Assembly (NCBI RefSeq): GCF_016433145.1
Contig: NC_058135.1
Coordinates: 281,491,071-281,555,070, forward strand
DNA from: Gracilinanus agilis
Taxonomy: Eukaryota
Direction: 5' to 3'
Length of the DNA stretch: 64,000 bases
Shown here piece by piece: positions 50,891 through 64,000 of this stretch (position 1 is the stretch's first letter; every line of letters starts with the position of its first letter). Both the position numbers and the translations under genes were made by a program. The notes under the pieces are model-generated. The model was not told the DNA's origin and made no database searches. It saw only the letters and a list, made by a program, of their open reading frames with translations.

Positions 50891-51276
50891 ATATTCTAAA
50901 TACATTTAAAAAATTAATTTAAAAATAAAGTAACTTTGTCCAAATAAGACTGAAAAACTGCACACACACACAAAAAGAATTTGTACTAAGACAGAAAGTA
51001 AGGTTTAAAAAATAAAATGAAAAATAAAGTATATGAGATTTTGTCATACCTAAAAAAAAATCACTATTGCAAATATGAATAATATGTAAATAGGTTTTGA
51101 TCATGATACCTGTATCACTTAGTGGAATTACTTGTCAGCTCTGGGAGGAGTTAGGGAAGAGGGGAGGGAAAGAACATGAATCATGTAACCATGGAAAAGT
51201 ATTCTAAATTAATTAATTAATTAAAAAAGAAAGAATGTAGGTTCCATGAGGACCAAAGCTGATTTTGATTTTTTCT

Positions 51277-51900
51277 TGTTAAGAATAAAAGATTCTGGCC
51301 AGTGTTTTAAGTATTTATTAATAAAATGAAAGAGTGAGAGATGAGAGAGAAAGAGAGAGGAAGAGAGAGAGAGTGAGAGATAGACAGAGAAATTTAACAT
51401 TAGTATTTTTTTTAATATTTTTTTAAACCCTTAACTTCGGTGTATTGTCTCATAGGTGGAAGATTGGTAAGGGTGGGCAATGGGAGTCAAGTGACTTGCC
51501 CAGGGTCACACAGCTGGGAAGTGGCTAAGGCCGGGTTTGAACCTAGGACCTCCTGTCTCTAGGCCTGACTCCCACTCCACTGAGCTACCCAGCTGCCCCC
51601 TAACATTAGTATTTTAAGATAGATCTGGTCCCAGGTTTTAGTCCAGCAAGGATCCCTCCATGCTGACTGCCAATCCCCACACATTAGTCCAGTGAGCCAT
51701 TCTCTTTAAGGGTGGAAGTAAGGAGGCCTTCTCCTTCATGTGCTTTCCTTATAAATCCCCCTAGCTCCTCCCTCTATGGCAGGGGTCTGCAAGGTATGGC
51801 TCTCAAGCCACAACTGGCTCCACCTCCTGGCCAGTCTGGGCAGAGGCCCAGGATGTGCCCCAGGGGGCCCTTCTGCCCCCGCCCCATATTCCAGCACCTT
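51277..51900 (-). mobile_element. LTR-like element with GA-rich tract, interrupted by a SINE
   Basis: tgttaagaat...tttattaat; GC-rich end; boundaries approximate. Confidence 0.45.
51410..51600 (-). mobile_element. Young SINE1_Mdo-type SINE
   Basis: 15-bp TSD taacattagtatttt. Confidence 0.93.
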
Positions 51901-54009
51901 CCACCTCCATCCTCCTCCTTCAACAGGCATTTATGGCTCTCACAGATAAAAAGGTTGTTGAACATTGCTCTATGGCAATGTTGCACACTGATACTCAAGC
52001 TGACACCAGGGGACACCAAGCTAGCCAAGCCATTAGATATGAGATTACTCTGCAACAACCACCATTGAGATGCTGTGATGGGATGGAGGCATTTTTCCTC
52101 ACACATTCTGCAACCCCAGAATATGGACTACATAGTAAAAATTTAATAAGTGCTCCTTGACTGACAAAAGGATTATTACATATAAGAAGTCCCAAAAGTC
52201 AAGTGATGCTAGATAATACAGTGCAGGCCTGGAGCCAGGTTAAAAAAAAAGGAACAAACACATTTTTTCATATTTGATTCTAGATATTAAAGTGACCCCC
52301 TTTAGTTTAGTTTTTTTTTTCCTGATTAAGAACATGTCTAATTCGTACTTTAGAAAAATCCTTTCAGTAGCTGAATGTATATGATGCCTACTGAATGAGT
52401 GACCAAAGTTGAACACTCATTTAACCTCCTTCCACAATTGTATGAAAAAAATTTTAACTTCATTTTTTAAAAGTTTCAGCCCAGTTTCCACTGTCCCTCT
52501 CTACTTCTTCCCACTATGCAACTAATGACAAAAAAATCACCAAATGTCCAGTGATTCCATGTGTACTTCTGGACTTCAGAGCCCTCTGCTCTCTCAGTTT
52601 GCCTTGGAAAAATATACTAATGCAAAGGAAAGCAATAATTTTTAGATCATGTCTAGCACCTGTGGATTGTAAAGGAAAGGGAAGGTCAAAGGAATTACAT
52701 TTGGAAAAGGGGAAATCTCTCAACTCACCACTCAGGTATTTCTGCTTGACCATTTCCTTCAGTAACATGGAAAAAGTATTTGTAATATACCTGTACTTTG
52801 ACTCTTTGAAGTAAATGCTAAGAATTTCTTAAGAACCATTATCTTCTTGATGGAAAACAGTGGGAACACATGTTGGATTTGGAGGCAGAAGTCAGGGTTC
52901 CAATTCTAATTGCCACTTTTAATGTAACTTGGAGCCAATCCCTTTCCCCTCTTTATACCTTCATAATTAATGGGTTGTGCAAAAGGTACACAAAAGTGTC
53001 CTTCCAATGATTAGTCTATGAGAATCTGGAAAATCAAAAGCCAATATTGAAGATAGAGCTATGACTGATCTTTGTAGGTCTTCAGTTGTATCTTAGACAG
53101 CTTTGGAACCTTCAGGAATTTATCCTAGTGTTATCAATATTTCAGGTTACTGAAGCAGCTAGTAGATCACTCAGTATATCAGGTCTGTGTTTTAAGTGTA
53201 TTATTTACAAAACTAAAATATAAATTGATTATGTTGTGAAATAATTATACTCATAGTATCAATGTATATGCCATTTCAAAATTACCATTACTATCTTACA
53301 ATAATCTTTTGATGCACAGGGGAGATTATTCCCATTTGCAGATTAGAAGAGAGAATCCTACCATTTATGTATGTTACTCAGCTAATGGGCAGTGGATAGA
53401 GTTGAGTCTAGACTTAGGAAGCCTCCTTTTCTGAAATTCAAAACTGGGCTCACACTTTCTAGTTGTGTAACACTGGCAAGTAATTTAATCCTGTTTGCCT
53501 TGATTTTCTCATTTGTAAAATGATCTGGAGAAGGAAATGACAAATTAATTTATAGAATCTTTACAAAGAAAACCTCAAATAGTGTCACAAAGAGTTAGGC
53601 AAAATGGAGAAATGATTAAACAACTGTGCTAGTAGCCATTGGATACAAAATTAAATTTTTAAAAGCAATGTCTCTGTTTTTCTTTCTCTCTCTCTGTCTC
53701 TCTCCATCTCTCTCTCCTGTCTCTGTCTCTCTGTCTCACCACTTTTCATATCACTATAGTATCAATTTATACACAGACACATAAACATAAATCTATGTGT
53801 ATATATATATTCATATTGCTTTTGAGAAACATGTAGAAACTTGTAGATTTATAAAAGAATATTTCTTAAAAGATAGGCATGTATTTATATATTTATATAC
53901 ATAAAATCACTTAATCCTGGAATGCTGTCTCCAAAATCAGATGCATAGAAGTCCTTAACAGTGCCTAGTCCACAGTAAGGAATTAATAAGTGCTTGTTGA
54001 TTGATTAAT

Positions 54010-56290
54010 ATTAACAATTGATCATTTGTTTTTCTTTTGTGTTTCTATTCCCACAGTTCTTTCTGTGGATGTGGAAAGTGTTCTTTCTCATAAGTATCTC
54101 AGAAATGTCTTGGATCACTGAATTGCTGCTGGTAGATAAGTCCATTACATTCAATTGTGCCACAGTGTATCTGTCTCTGTGTAAAATCTTCTCCTGGTTC
54201 TGCTCCTTTTGCTCTGTATCAATTCCTGGAGGTCCTTCTAGTTCACATGGAATTCCTTTGCTTCATTATTCCTTTCAACATAATAATATTCCATTACCAT
54301 CAGATACCAAAATTTCTTCACATTCTCCAATTGATGGACACCCCCTCTTTTTCCAATTTTTTTCCACCACGAATAGCACAGCTATAAATATTTTTGTACA
54401 AGTCTTTTTCTTTATTATCTCTTTTGGTTACAAACCCAGCAGGGGTATTATTCAGTGAAAGGGTAAGCATTCTTTTAAAACTCTTTGCACATAATTTCAA
54501 ATTGCCTTCCAGAATGGTTGGACCAATTCAAAACTCTACCAGCAGTGTATTATATGTCCCAATTTTGCCATGTGCCCTCCAACAGTTATTATTTTCCTTT
54601 CTTGCCATATTGGCCAGTCTGCTAAGTTTAAGGTGGTACCTCAGAGTTGTTTTAATTTGTTTTTCTCTAAACAGAAGGGATTTAAAACACTTTTTCATGG
54701 CCTTATTGCTAATTTTTATTTCATCATGTGAAAACTTCCTATTCATGTCCCTTGACCATTGTTCAATTGGGGAATTGTTATAGGGGAGCAAATTGGTGAA
54801 CCCCTGGGTTCGGGAAGGAAACCATTCTCAAGAATGAGAGGACTCCAAACTTAGCTTAAAAGTAAAAAAGAAAGATTTATTAGTAAGATAGGATTAATGG
54901 CCAGAAAGACAGCATGAGTGGAGCAGCCATGGGAGGCTCTCCCCGGGTCCCCCAGTTCTTGCCCTTTTGTATCCTTTCCTGTAGTGTGTACCTGACTCCC
55001 TGCACTCAGGCACTCAGTTGGTGCAGGGTCAGTCCTAGACCCTCAGGGCCTAGACTGTCCAGGTGTGTCCTGGAGGTGTATCTCTTTGCCTATCTCAACT
55101 CAAAGGAAATTCCAAGGACAATGTTCCTTGCCTTGGGGTCTCAAGGGCAGGAAGGGGGAAGGGAATTCCCCTGCTCACAGCCTGCCAGAGTCAAGGGGTA
55201 CAGAGTCCCTGCCATCTCTGCACAATGCCCATGTCAGAATGACCTGATTTTTTGCAAATTTAACCTAGTTCCTTATATATTTTGGAAATTATACCTTTGT
55301 CAGAGAGCATTTTTATGAAAATGTTCTCATTGTGGTCAGATTGGTTTTGTTTGTACAAAACCTTTTTAATTTGACATAATCAAAGTTATTCATTTTACAT
55401 TTTTCAATATTCTATATGAATATTAGTCTGAATTTGGTCTGAAATTTCTTCCTTTCCCACTGATATAACAGGTATGATATTCTATGCTCACCTAATTTCT
55501 TTGATGATTCCATTCCCTATATTTAAGTCATTTACCCATTTTGAATTTATCTTAGTATAGGGTTTAAGATGTTAATCTGAACATAATTTTCCCCTTACCA
55601 TTTTCCAATTTTGAGTCAAATAGTGAGTTCTTGTCCCAAAATAGGGAATTTTAGGGTTTATCAAACACTAGCTTGTTAAGGTAATTTACCTTTAGTATAC
55701 TCCATTGATCCACCCTTCTGTCTCTTAGCCAGTATCATAGTGTTTTGGTGACTGCTGCTTTATAGTACAGTTTAAGATTTGGTATTCATAGGCCCCCATC
55801 ATTCACATTTTTTTGTCATTATTTCCCTTGATATTCTTGATTTTCCAGAGGAGGTTTGTTATAATTTTTCTAATTCTATAAAAAAGTTTTTTTTTGATAG
55901 TTTGATGGGTATGGAACTGAATAAGTAGATTAATTTTGGTATTATTGTCATTTTTATTATATTAGCTCATCCTACCAAGAAGCAATTAATGTTTTCCCAA
56001 TCATTTAGATCTAGTTTTAATTGTGTGGAAAGTGTTTTGTAGTTGTGTTACAATTTCTGTGTTTTTCTGAGATGGGATTATATAAATATTCTATTTCCTC
56101 TTTTCTTAATCTAGGCAATTTTATTTTTGTAAATATTCACCCACTTCACTTAGACTGTCATATTTATTGCCATATAATTGAGCAAAATAGTTCTTAATAA
56201 TTACCTTAATTTCCTCATCATTAGAGGTGAGATCACTCTTTTCATCTTTGATACTATTAATCTGATTCTCATCTTTCTTTTTTTATTAGA
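54010..56290 (-). mobile_element. L1 fragment interrupted by the LTR at 54776-55236
   Basis: L1 3' UTR and ORF2 in reverse orientation; sequence resumes after the LTR TSD. Confidence 0.82.
54776..55236 (-). mobile_element. Solo LTR, family Y, inside an L1
   Basis: tgttata...atgtca; perfect TSD gaat/gaat. Confidence 0.9.
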
Positions 56291-57481
56291 TTAACCAGCA
56301 CTTTCAGTTCAATAAAAGGACAGAGTCCTAGGTCTCACCCAAAGGGCAATTCCATGAATACTGAAATATACAAAGTTGAGAATAGGGATATGACTAGATC
56401 CTCTATTAGATTCCCTATAAATTTGCTTCTTCCCTGAATTTTTCTCCCCCTTAAAAGATATTTTACTGAAATGAATCTAGAACCTTTCCTCTTTTTTAAA
56501 TGCAGATGTCAGATGTACAAAAATTTCTTTTTCAAACTCTCAACACCTCCACCTTTTACATAAACATCAAAGATTGGGTAACCAGTCTCTGTGAAGAGTT
56601 GGAAGTGGGGGGGTGAAGGGAAAAGTAACAGCATGAATCATGTAACCATGTTAACTTTTATAAAAAATAAAAATTATTAAATAAAAAAAAGAAGTTGGTC
56701 TTGTGCAAATAGGCTTTGGGTCTGGGCTACTACTGGTGTACCCTTCATAACTTTCTGTTGACAAAACTAAGGTGGGGGAAGGTTTCAGTGAAAGTTTTAT
56801 GGAGGGAATAGTAGGAATCACATTGTCAGAAGACTGAGAATGTACAATCAGTTAAGGCCTCAGAAAAGCCTCCAGAAGAATCATTATGTACATCCCATTC
56901 AGTCTTTGTTTTTTTATTGTTAAGTTATTCAATCTTGTCCAACTCTCCGTAATCTAATATACCATAACATGTCATTAAATATTAGGCACTTACAAAACAT
57001 AGAGACTCTGATTTTCAAAGAGCAATCACACCTTTTGCCTCTTCAAAATACATTCAATAGTACTCATGATTCTTCACTTTGGAGCCCTTAGTAATACTAA
57101 CAAAGGACAATTACAATGAGAAGCCAATGTCTAGGCTGAGTGAAACTGCCTCCATAAATACTAAAAAGAGAATGCCACTGAAGGTATTCTTTCTCTTCTT
57201 TTTTGTATAGTATTTCTGTTCTTTGTTGTTTGTTTGTTTTTTTTTGTTGTTGTTGTTGATTATATAGGGACTCCAGTGCTTAACACAGCACCTAGCAAAT
57301 AGTAGGCAGATTAATAGTTTGATTTTGATCTTCTTTACTCCAGTACTTCTTATATTTTGGCTGCATCACTTCTTGAATGAATGATTTTTTTTTCATCTTT
57401 CTAAAAATGGATATCTGGGTAAATGCACCATGAAATACAAACTGTTTTTAAAAATTTGTTGAAACATTTTTGGAATAGAAT

Positions 57482-58137
57482 TGTTAACTTGGAAATAACA
57501 CAAAACTACCAAAGTAGTCAGGAAAACCAAGACTTTAATTAGGATAGGGATAAGTCCAATATTTGGCCCTTTTTTCAGAGTCTGTGCCAACACTTTTACA
57601 GAGTCTGCACTCTGGATTCTGGGGACATTATCCCTGGGTGTAGCACTGCACTAGATGATGACTCCAAGGAACAAAAGAATTTGGGGAACCCATCCAGGGG
57701 CAGGGAAAGACCTTTGACATTACCATAGCTATAAGGAAATGGGAGTGTTCAAACTATATTTACAGGATACAATCAAGCCTGGGAAAGGAATCCTAGCTAG
57801 AGGCTAAGGTGTAAGGGAAGGAGTTACTTAAAATGGTTACTAAAAGGATGGTCCCTGCCCAGGTTTGGGTCTTCTTGGGAAAGGGTTTCTGATACAATGG
57901 GGAATACCACCTAAGACAAAGATATTTAGCCCCACCTAACTGAGATTGTAATTTACCTTAGGGTCCATCTTTCAATCTGAAAGGGCTAGCCTGAGATTCC
58001 CTTCCGGGTAGATTCTCAGGACTACAAGGAACAATTACAAGCTTTGAGGTCTCCAATTTATAAGCTAGTTCTAAAACTTGGGATTCAACAGATCTTACTA
58101 GGCTAGAATTTTAGGGTTTCTAGATTCCAGGTTGACA
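57482..58137 (-). mobile_element. Solo LTR, family X copy 3, specific to duplication copy C
   Basis: tgttaac...gttgaca; perfect TSD gaat/gaat. Confidence 0.88.
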
Positions 58138-59692
58138 GAATGAAAGTATGCATCATAGTCCAGAGTGCTCCTTTTCCTGCCAGTGTGGTCAGAAGAAGGG
58201 AATCAATGTGGTATGTAACAAGTTCAATATTGCTTCTCACCATGCATAGTAGGGCTAGGTTTGCCCCAAGACAACTAGTCTAGTCCCACAATTAGTCCTG
58301 GGTTGCTGCACCCCAACTTTCAGGAGCCCTAAAATGGACCGTGTCAGCATTACCATTTTTTTAACTTCTGCTATAGTCCCTTATTGTCACTTTCTGTTTG
58401 TATGCCCTATCCCCTCCTCTACACTTCCTAGATTTTGGGACCTTTGTTCTCTTTAAAGAATCTTTAATCAGGGCCCCTGAAGCTTGACTCACCAGATCAT
58501 GGTCATATGTTTTAGCTTGAAGAGACCTACAAGAACAAGTGATTGTACTTAAGCTTGGAAGCTGACAAGTGTAGACATGTATGTGAGCATGGGCTTCTTC
58601 GTCCCTCCATGGCATCATCAGAAAATTGCCCTTTGCCTGAGAACTGGAGGATGGGATGAACCAGAACATAGACAATCTATCAGAGAACCGACAGTTTATT
58701 TTCCTCTTTTGACAGGCTGCCTAAGGAAAGACAAAGGGACCCAAGTTGGAAATGGAGAAGATTCAGAACTTCTGTGCTGGTCATCACTGAGTCCAGGCTT
58801 ATGAGTATTGTCAAATGGAAAGAACTCAAAACTACCTAAGTAGTTAAAAGAAAAGTCTTTAATCAAAGTAGAAAGATACATCTGGAATACTGCACAGAAC
58901 CCCTGTCCTGGGACTTCCACTGAACTACAGAATGCACTGTACTTATATAATACAATTTTGGAGGAGGAGGTAGGGCTTCTGCCCTGTCACTCACTTGGGA
59001 CCTGCACTAGCCTCAGTCTAAACTGACTTGGAGAGACCAAGATGCTATAGCCAAAGAATAGGGTACCTAGAAGTAGCCTAGATACAAAAGGAGACACTAA
59101 GAAAACATAAAGGGTACTTAAGACTTAGCAATACCTGCTAATCCTACCTCAAGTAATCAAGAGGTGCTTGAAGGTTCATAGTTCAGTCTGACAAGGGTCA
59201 GCGTGATAGAGGCTGTCATTGGACAGTAAGGTAATAGGAACAGGACCCTCATACTTGCATATCTTGTATTTGCACTAGTTAGCACTAGTTAAACGCCAAC
59301 TGCTGATGATGAGAATTTCCCTAGAACTAAAGAACTTGGGGGTATATTTATACCTTAAGGAATATATGAAATGAAGGACAACTAATTGGTTACATAGATG
59401 TGTGGGGAAGACATCATAGCTAAAGTTAGGGGATTTGGAAGAGACAGGCCCAGACAGAGTAAGATAAACTAAGAAAAGTTTCTTAAGATTTGACTACATT
59501 CACCACTCCTACTCAGGGTGCTCAATCGGTGCTTCATGGCTTATTGTTCTGCCTGGGATGGGGTTCATTCAGGGGGTTTCTTGAAGGAAGTTCTTGTGGG
59601 ACAAGGGTAAATTTGGAGTTTCATAAAATAGGGCTATCATTTCCCACTTCAGGTTATAGCAATTCTGCCACTGGCCATAAAATCAGACAAAG

Positions 59693-60012
59693 TGACATGG
59701 GCATTGTGCAGAGATGGCAGGGACCCTGTACCCCTTAACTCAGGCAGGCTGTGAACAGGGAAATTCCCTTCCTCCTTCCTGCCCTTGTGACTCCTGAGGC
59801 AAAGACCATTACCTTTGGACTAAGTTGAGACAGACAAGGCACTGGGGGAGCAGCCTCCCATGACTGTTCCACTCATGCTGTCCTGCTGGCCGTTAATCCT
59901 ATCTTACTAATAAATCTTTCTTTTTACTTTTAAGCTAAGCTTGGAATCCTCTCATTCTTGAGAAAGGTTTCCTTCTCGAACCGAGGGGTTCACCATTTGC
60001 ACCCCTATAACA
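59693..60012 (+). mobile_element. Solo LTR, family Y (internally shorter), specific to copy C
   Basis: tgacatg...tataaca; TSD aaag/aaag; empty site at ~40455-40460 in copy B. Confidence 0.9.
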
Positions 60013-60672
60013 AAAGGACAGCATGCCCAAGAGAGTATGGAGATGTCCCTCTGTTACCAACAGAGGACGGGAAACAAGGGGCTGATACATGGACAGCTGG
60101 CATAATGAATAGAGTACTAGGCCTGGATTTTGGAGGACTTATGTTGAAATCAAGCCCCAGACACTTCCTAACTGTGTAACTCTGGGCAAGTCACTTAACA
60201 CCATTTACCTAGCCCTCACCCTTCTTTCTCAGTATTGTTACTAGGAAAGAAGGTCAAGGTTAAAACTTAAAAAGAGGGGAGGATGTGATCATTAGCATAA
60301 TTGGTGAAAGTAAAAACATGAAAGGGAGAAGAAAAAAATATATGACAGTGAGAGAACAGAACCATCCTGGTGGCACCTTTGCTTAAACATATTTGCTGTT
60401 ATTTAGGGAATTCCATCCATTTTTTTTCATGTCACTGTCATGCAAAGACAATGGACTTGGGTCATAATAATTCACTGTAAATATTACCACTTGTGGGATG
60501 AATCTCTGTGGAGTCAAAATAAATTATTGCTTCATTCATTTCCTCATACCATATGGTTTAAGGACTATTTTCTGGGGGTGGTATTGTTTTGGTTCTATTA
60601 ATCACTTTTTGATGCTAACTCCTGAATCATCTTGCACATATAACCATCCAAAAGCATGTTCTTTAGCTTTTT

Positions 60673-61575
60673 TTAATTTAAATTTAAATTTTTAATCTTT
60701 TAATTTTTTTTGAAATATTTTTCCATGGTTACATGACTCATGTTCTTTCCCTTCCCTCCAAACATCCCCTCTCCCCGTAGCCAATGTGTAATTCCACTGG
60801 GTTTTACATACATCCAGATCTATTTCCACATTATTGATAATTGCATTGGGGTGGTCCTTTAAAGTCTACATCCCCAACAATATCCCCATCAACTCATGTG
60901 TTCAAGCAGTTGTTTTTCTTCTGTGTTTCTACTCCCACAGTTCTTCCTCTAAAAGTGGATAGCACTCTTTCTCATAAGTCCCTAAGAATTGTTCTGGATC
61001 ATTGCATTGCTGCTAGTAGAGAAGTCCATTACTTTTGATTGTAACACAGTGTATCCATCTCTGTGTATAATGTCTCCTGGTTCTGCTTCTTTCACTCTAT
61101 ATCAGTTCCTGGAGATTGTTCCAGTTCACATGGAATTCCAGTTCATTATTCCTTTGAGCACAATAATATTCCATCCCCAACAGATACTATAATTTGTCCA
61201 ATCATTCCCCAATTAAAGGACATCCCCTCATTTTCCAATTTCTTGCCTCCACAAATAGTACAGCTATAAATATTTTTGTACATGTCTTTTTCCCTATCAT
61301 CTCTTTGGGGTATAAACCTAGCAGTGGTATGGCTGGATCAAAGGTCAGACAGTCTTCTAAAACCCTTTGGGCATAGTTCCAAAATGCCATCCAGAACGGT
61401 TGGATCAATTCACAACTCTACCAGCAAAGCATTAATGTCCCAATTTTGCAACATTCCCTCCAGCAGTTATTACTTTCTTTTGCTGTCATGTTAGTTAATC
61501 TGCTAGGTGTGAGGTGGTACCTCAGAGTTGTTTTGATTTGCATTTCCCTCATCATAAGAGATTTAGAACACTTTT
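60673..61575 (-). mobile_element. L1 3' fragment inserted at the OR-C stop codon
   Basis: L1 ORF2 end, 3' UTR and A-rich tail. 14-bp TSD ttctttagcttttt at 60659-60672 and 61576-61589. Confidence 0.92.
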
Positions 61576-61579
61576 TTCT

Positions 61580-62545
61580 TTAGCTTTTTGAAGTTTTCAA
61601 GATTGGATATTTCCTGCTTATGGAAAATATCTTCCTCAGCATCTTGCCCATGGCAACTATGACCTTTTTGTTCCTCAGGCTGTAGATGACAGGGTTTATC
61701 AATGGGGGCAGTATTGCATAGACCATTGCAACAAAAAGGTTTTGAATTGGTGATGTGTCTGATGTATCCCTGAGGACTGCAGTCATTATAGAAATGAGAA
61801 ATAAGATGAGGATCATCAACTGAGGGGAGCAGGTTGAAATGGCCTTGTATCGACCTTCCACAGAAGGAATCTTGAGCACGTTGGAAAAGATGCAAACATA
61901 CGATGTGATTAAAAAAGCAAAGCAAGATAACAAAAAACACAAACTTGCTATAATTAATACAAACTCTGTCTGAAATACACCAGAGGCTGAGACTTTCAAG
62001 ACATGAGGGATATCACAGAAAAATTGGTGGATCACATTGGATCCTGAGAAGGGCAGGCGAAACATATTCCCAGTGTGTACAGCAGAATAAATAAGCCCAC
62101 TGAACCATGAGCCAACTGCTGCCCAAAGACAACGGGATGGCATCATGATGATGCCATAGTGTAGAGGGTGGCAAATGGCCACAAAGCGGTCATAGGACAT
62201 GGCCACTAACAAAGCAAACTCCGTTGCTGAAAAGAAGAGAAGGAAAAAGACTTGAGCAGTACAGCCAAGGAGGCTGATGGTTTGACTGCCAATCAAAGAA
62301 TTTATGATGAATTTAGGAAGTGTGACTGAGATGTTGCAGATATCCAACAAGGATAAGTTGCTAAGAAAAAAGTACATAGGAGAATGAAGGTGTGGGTCAA
62401 TAAGAATTGCAGCAATGGTGAGAAGGTTCCCCATCAGGGTAGCCAGGTATATCAGCAGGAACAACACAGCATGTAAGACCTGTAGCTCCCATATTCTGGA
62501 AAACTCCATGAGGAGGAATTCAGTGATGACTGAGAAGTTGCCCAT
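61580..62545 (-). CDS. Olfactory receptor, family-14-like (OR-C), intact, 321 aa; paralog of OR-B
   Basis: Same motifs as OR-B; 12 amino-acid differences from OR-B by manual comparison; same upstream acceptor. Confidence 0.95.
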   Translation of the reverse strand: MGNFSVITEFLLMEFSRIWELQVLHAVLFLLIYLATLMGNLLTIAAILIDPHLHSPMYFFLSNLSLLDICNISVTLPKFIINSLIGSQTISLLGCTAQVFFLLFFSATEFALLVAMSYDRFVAICHPLHYGIIMMPSRCLWAAVGSWFSGLIYSAVHTGNMFRLPFSGSNVIHQFFCDIPHVLKVSASGVFQTEFVLIIASLCFLLSCFAFLITSYVCIFSNVLKIPSVEGRYKAISTCSPQLMILILFLISIMTAVLRDTSDTSPIQNLFVAMVYAILPPLINPVIYSLRNKKVIVAMGKMLRKIFSISRKYPILKTSKS

Positions 62546-62957
62546 GCTTGATTGTGTGCTGCAATTTAACTAGAATCAAACATCACTATGAATAACAGAA
62601 ATGCAGTGTTGAAATAGAAGAGAGAATAAAAATAGTTATTCAAAAGAACATCCATTCAAACAAACCCATCCCATTAAACTTGAACAGAAGCAAATTCAGA
62701 CATATTTTAAAATAAGCAGAGGTTAGAGGAGGAATAATGAGGTTTAGATGTATTTAATAGTTCTGGGTATACAGTTTTCAATCTTTAGCTTTACAGAATG
62801 ATCCTAGTGTACAAAGCTATAGACAATAGGAAAGATTATACTTGGTGAATTTTAGGAAGGTGAATAATGCCACTACCAAGATGGTAAAAAGAAAGACTGC
62901 TATCACCATCATGGAGAGCAGGAATTTTGTGAGTTTGTGTATATACCCAGATTTATG

Positions 62958-63124
62958 NNNNNNNNNNNNNNNNNNNNNNNNNNNNNNNNNNNNNNNNNNN
63001 NNNNNNNNNNNNNNNNNNNNNNNNNNNNNNNNNNNNNNNNNNNNNNNNNNNNNNNNNNNNNNNNNNNNNNNNNNNNNNNNNNNNNNNNNNNNNNNNNNNN
63101 NNNNNNNNNNNNNNNNNNNNNNNN
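62958..63124. other. 167-N gap over a GA-rich low-complexity tract
   Basis: The paralogous position in copy B (~42510-42630) is a GA/AGAC-rich tract. Confidence 0.9.
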
Positions 63125-64000
63125 AGATAGACAGAGAAGCAGAGACAGACAGAGACAGAGTCAGAAACCAAAAGACAGAGGAAAATTATGCCTATAATGA
63201 AAATTTCATAGGGTTTATGGAAGAAAGTAGTTAAAAAATGATCAAGTATTATATAAAAATAAGCAATTTTTATTCATAATATTTTTTCAAAGAGATGAAA
63301 GAGTTTCAAACTAGTTCAGTGGTATGCACAAAGTAATAAAGCTCATTCATAGTAAAATCAGAACTTGCAACCAAATCTCGATTGGAAATCCACCATTTCC
63401 CTATTACGGAAAAAATGAGAACTGCTCATATTTATGAAATTATTTTAATTTTCTGTCCCCTTTACGAATGATCAGTATAGAATATATAACTATTTGGTTA
63501 AAGTTAAAAGAACTAATAAGAGGTTAAAATAATTTCTGACAACGTACCACTTGTACATTTGTTTGTTTCCATTGCTAACCCCATTTCTGCAGTCCAAGTT
63601 TTGTACTGAACAGGCATTTTAAGAGCTCTGATCCTGAATAAATGAGTCAGCAATAGATCAACATTTCACTGAGAAGACATGATACATCATTTTTGCTAAC
63701 ACTATCCACACTGGAGATTATATTTAATATAAGGGAAGAAAGGAGATTTCCAATTTGTTCCTCAAAATTTGAATGGCTAGCAGCAGCTTTTTTAACCTTC
63801 AGTCTAAGGATATCATGCCTGAGTAAGAAGTTCCCCTTTTGTTTTCCCTCAGGGAGAATTTACTCTTTGAATGAGGTGAATGAGGTTTCTCCCTTTTTAT
63901 TAGGAGAGTCTTTTCCCTAACTTAGACAAGATCTAGCTTGAGGCTTATCTTTGACTTCCATCTCAGTCAATTATCAAATGACAGAACTAAGATGTAAAAA

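Larger units (their letters stand above)
57185..64000. repeat. Segmental duplication, copy C (contains OR-C), with three copy-specific insertions
   Basis: Colinear with 38730-44290. Extra LTRs at 57482 and 59693 and an L1 at 60673; empty sites present in copy B. Confidence 0.93.

Noticed and set aside
52715-52791. Exon-like segment on minus (tacag|...GAGTG|gtgagt) as a possible OR-B upstream exon
   Set aside because: The acceptor lacks a pyrimidine tract and there is no paralogous or expression support.

Overview
Vertebrate genomic DNA, AT-rich and repeat-dense. The tRNA-derived SINE1_Mdo-type SINEs, Mar1/MIR, RTE and marsupial-type L1 point to a didelphid marsupial (opossum); this is inferred from repeat families. 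Left part (2.9-8.6 kb, minus strand): four intact exons matching human exons 6-9 of gastric intrinsic factor (CBLIF/GIF). Exons 1-5 were not found by eye. The upstream intron runs into a 500-N scaffold gap (10865-11364) whose left edge ends in a Nextera/Tn5 adapter sequence. Right of the gap is an olfactory receptor cluster with three intact, single-coding-exon, family-14-like genes on the minus strand (21589-22554, 41110-42075, 61580-62545). The last two lie in a segmental duplication (~38.7-44.3 kb vs ~57.2-64 kb). A second duplicated block carries a candidate OR promoter and first exon (~11.4-15.1 kb vs ~28.1-29.3 kb). The rest is L1 fragments, ERV1-type solo LTRs with 4-bp TSDs, hAT MITEs with 8-bp TSDs, SINEs and microsatellites. 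I found no evidence of a wholly new biological system. The most interesting signals are: (1) the OR subfamily has lost the intra-ECL2 cysteine pair and the conserved TM6 His; (2) the OR duplicates show apparent gene conversion that spares TM5; (3) the intrinsic factor has a haptocorrin-like Tyr; (4) an L1 inserted exactly at an OR stop codon; (5) there is a twin-primed inverted L1; (6) the 500-N join hides or mis-joins sequence. All alignments and counts were done by eye.
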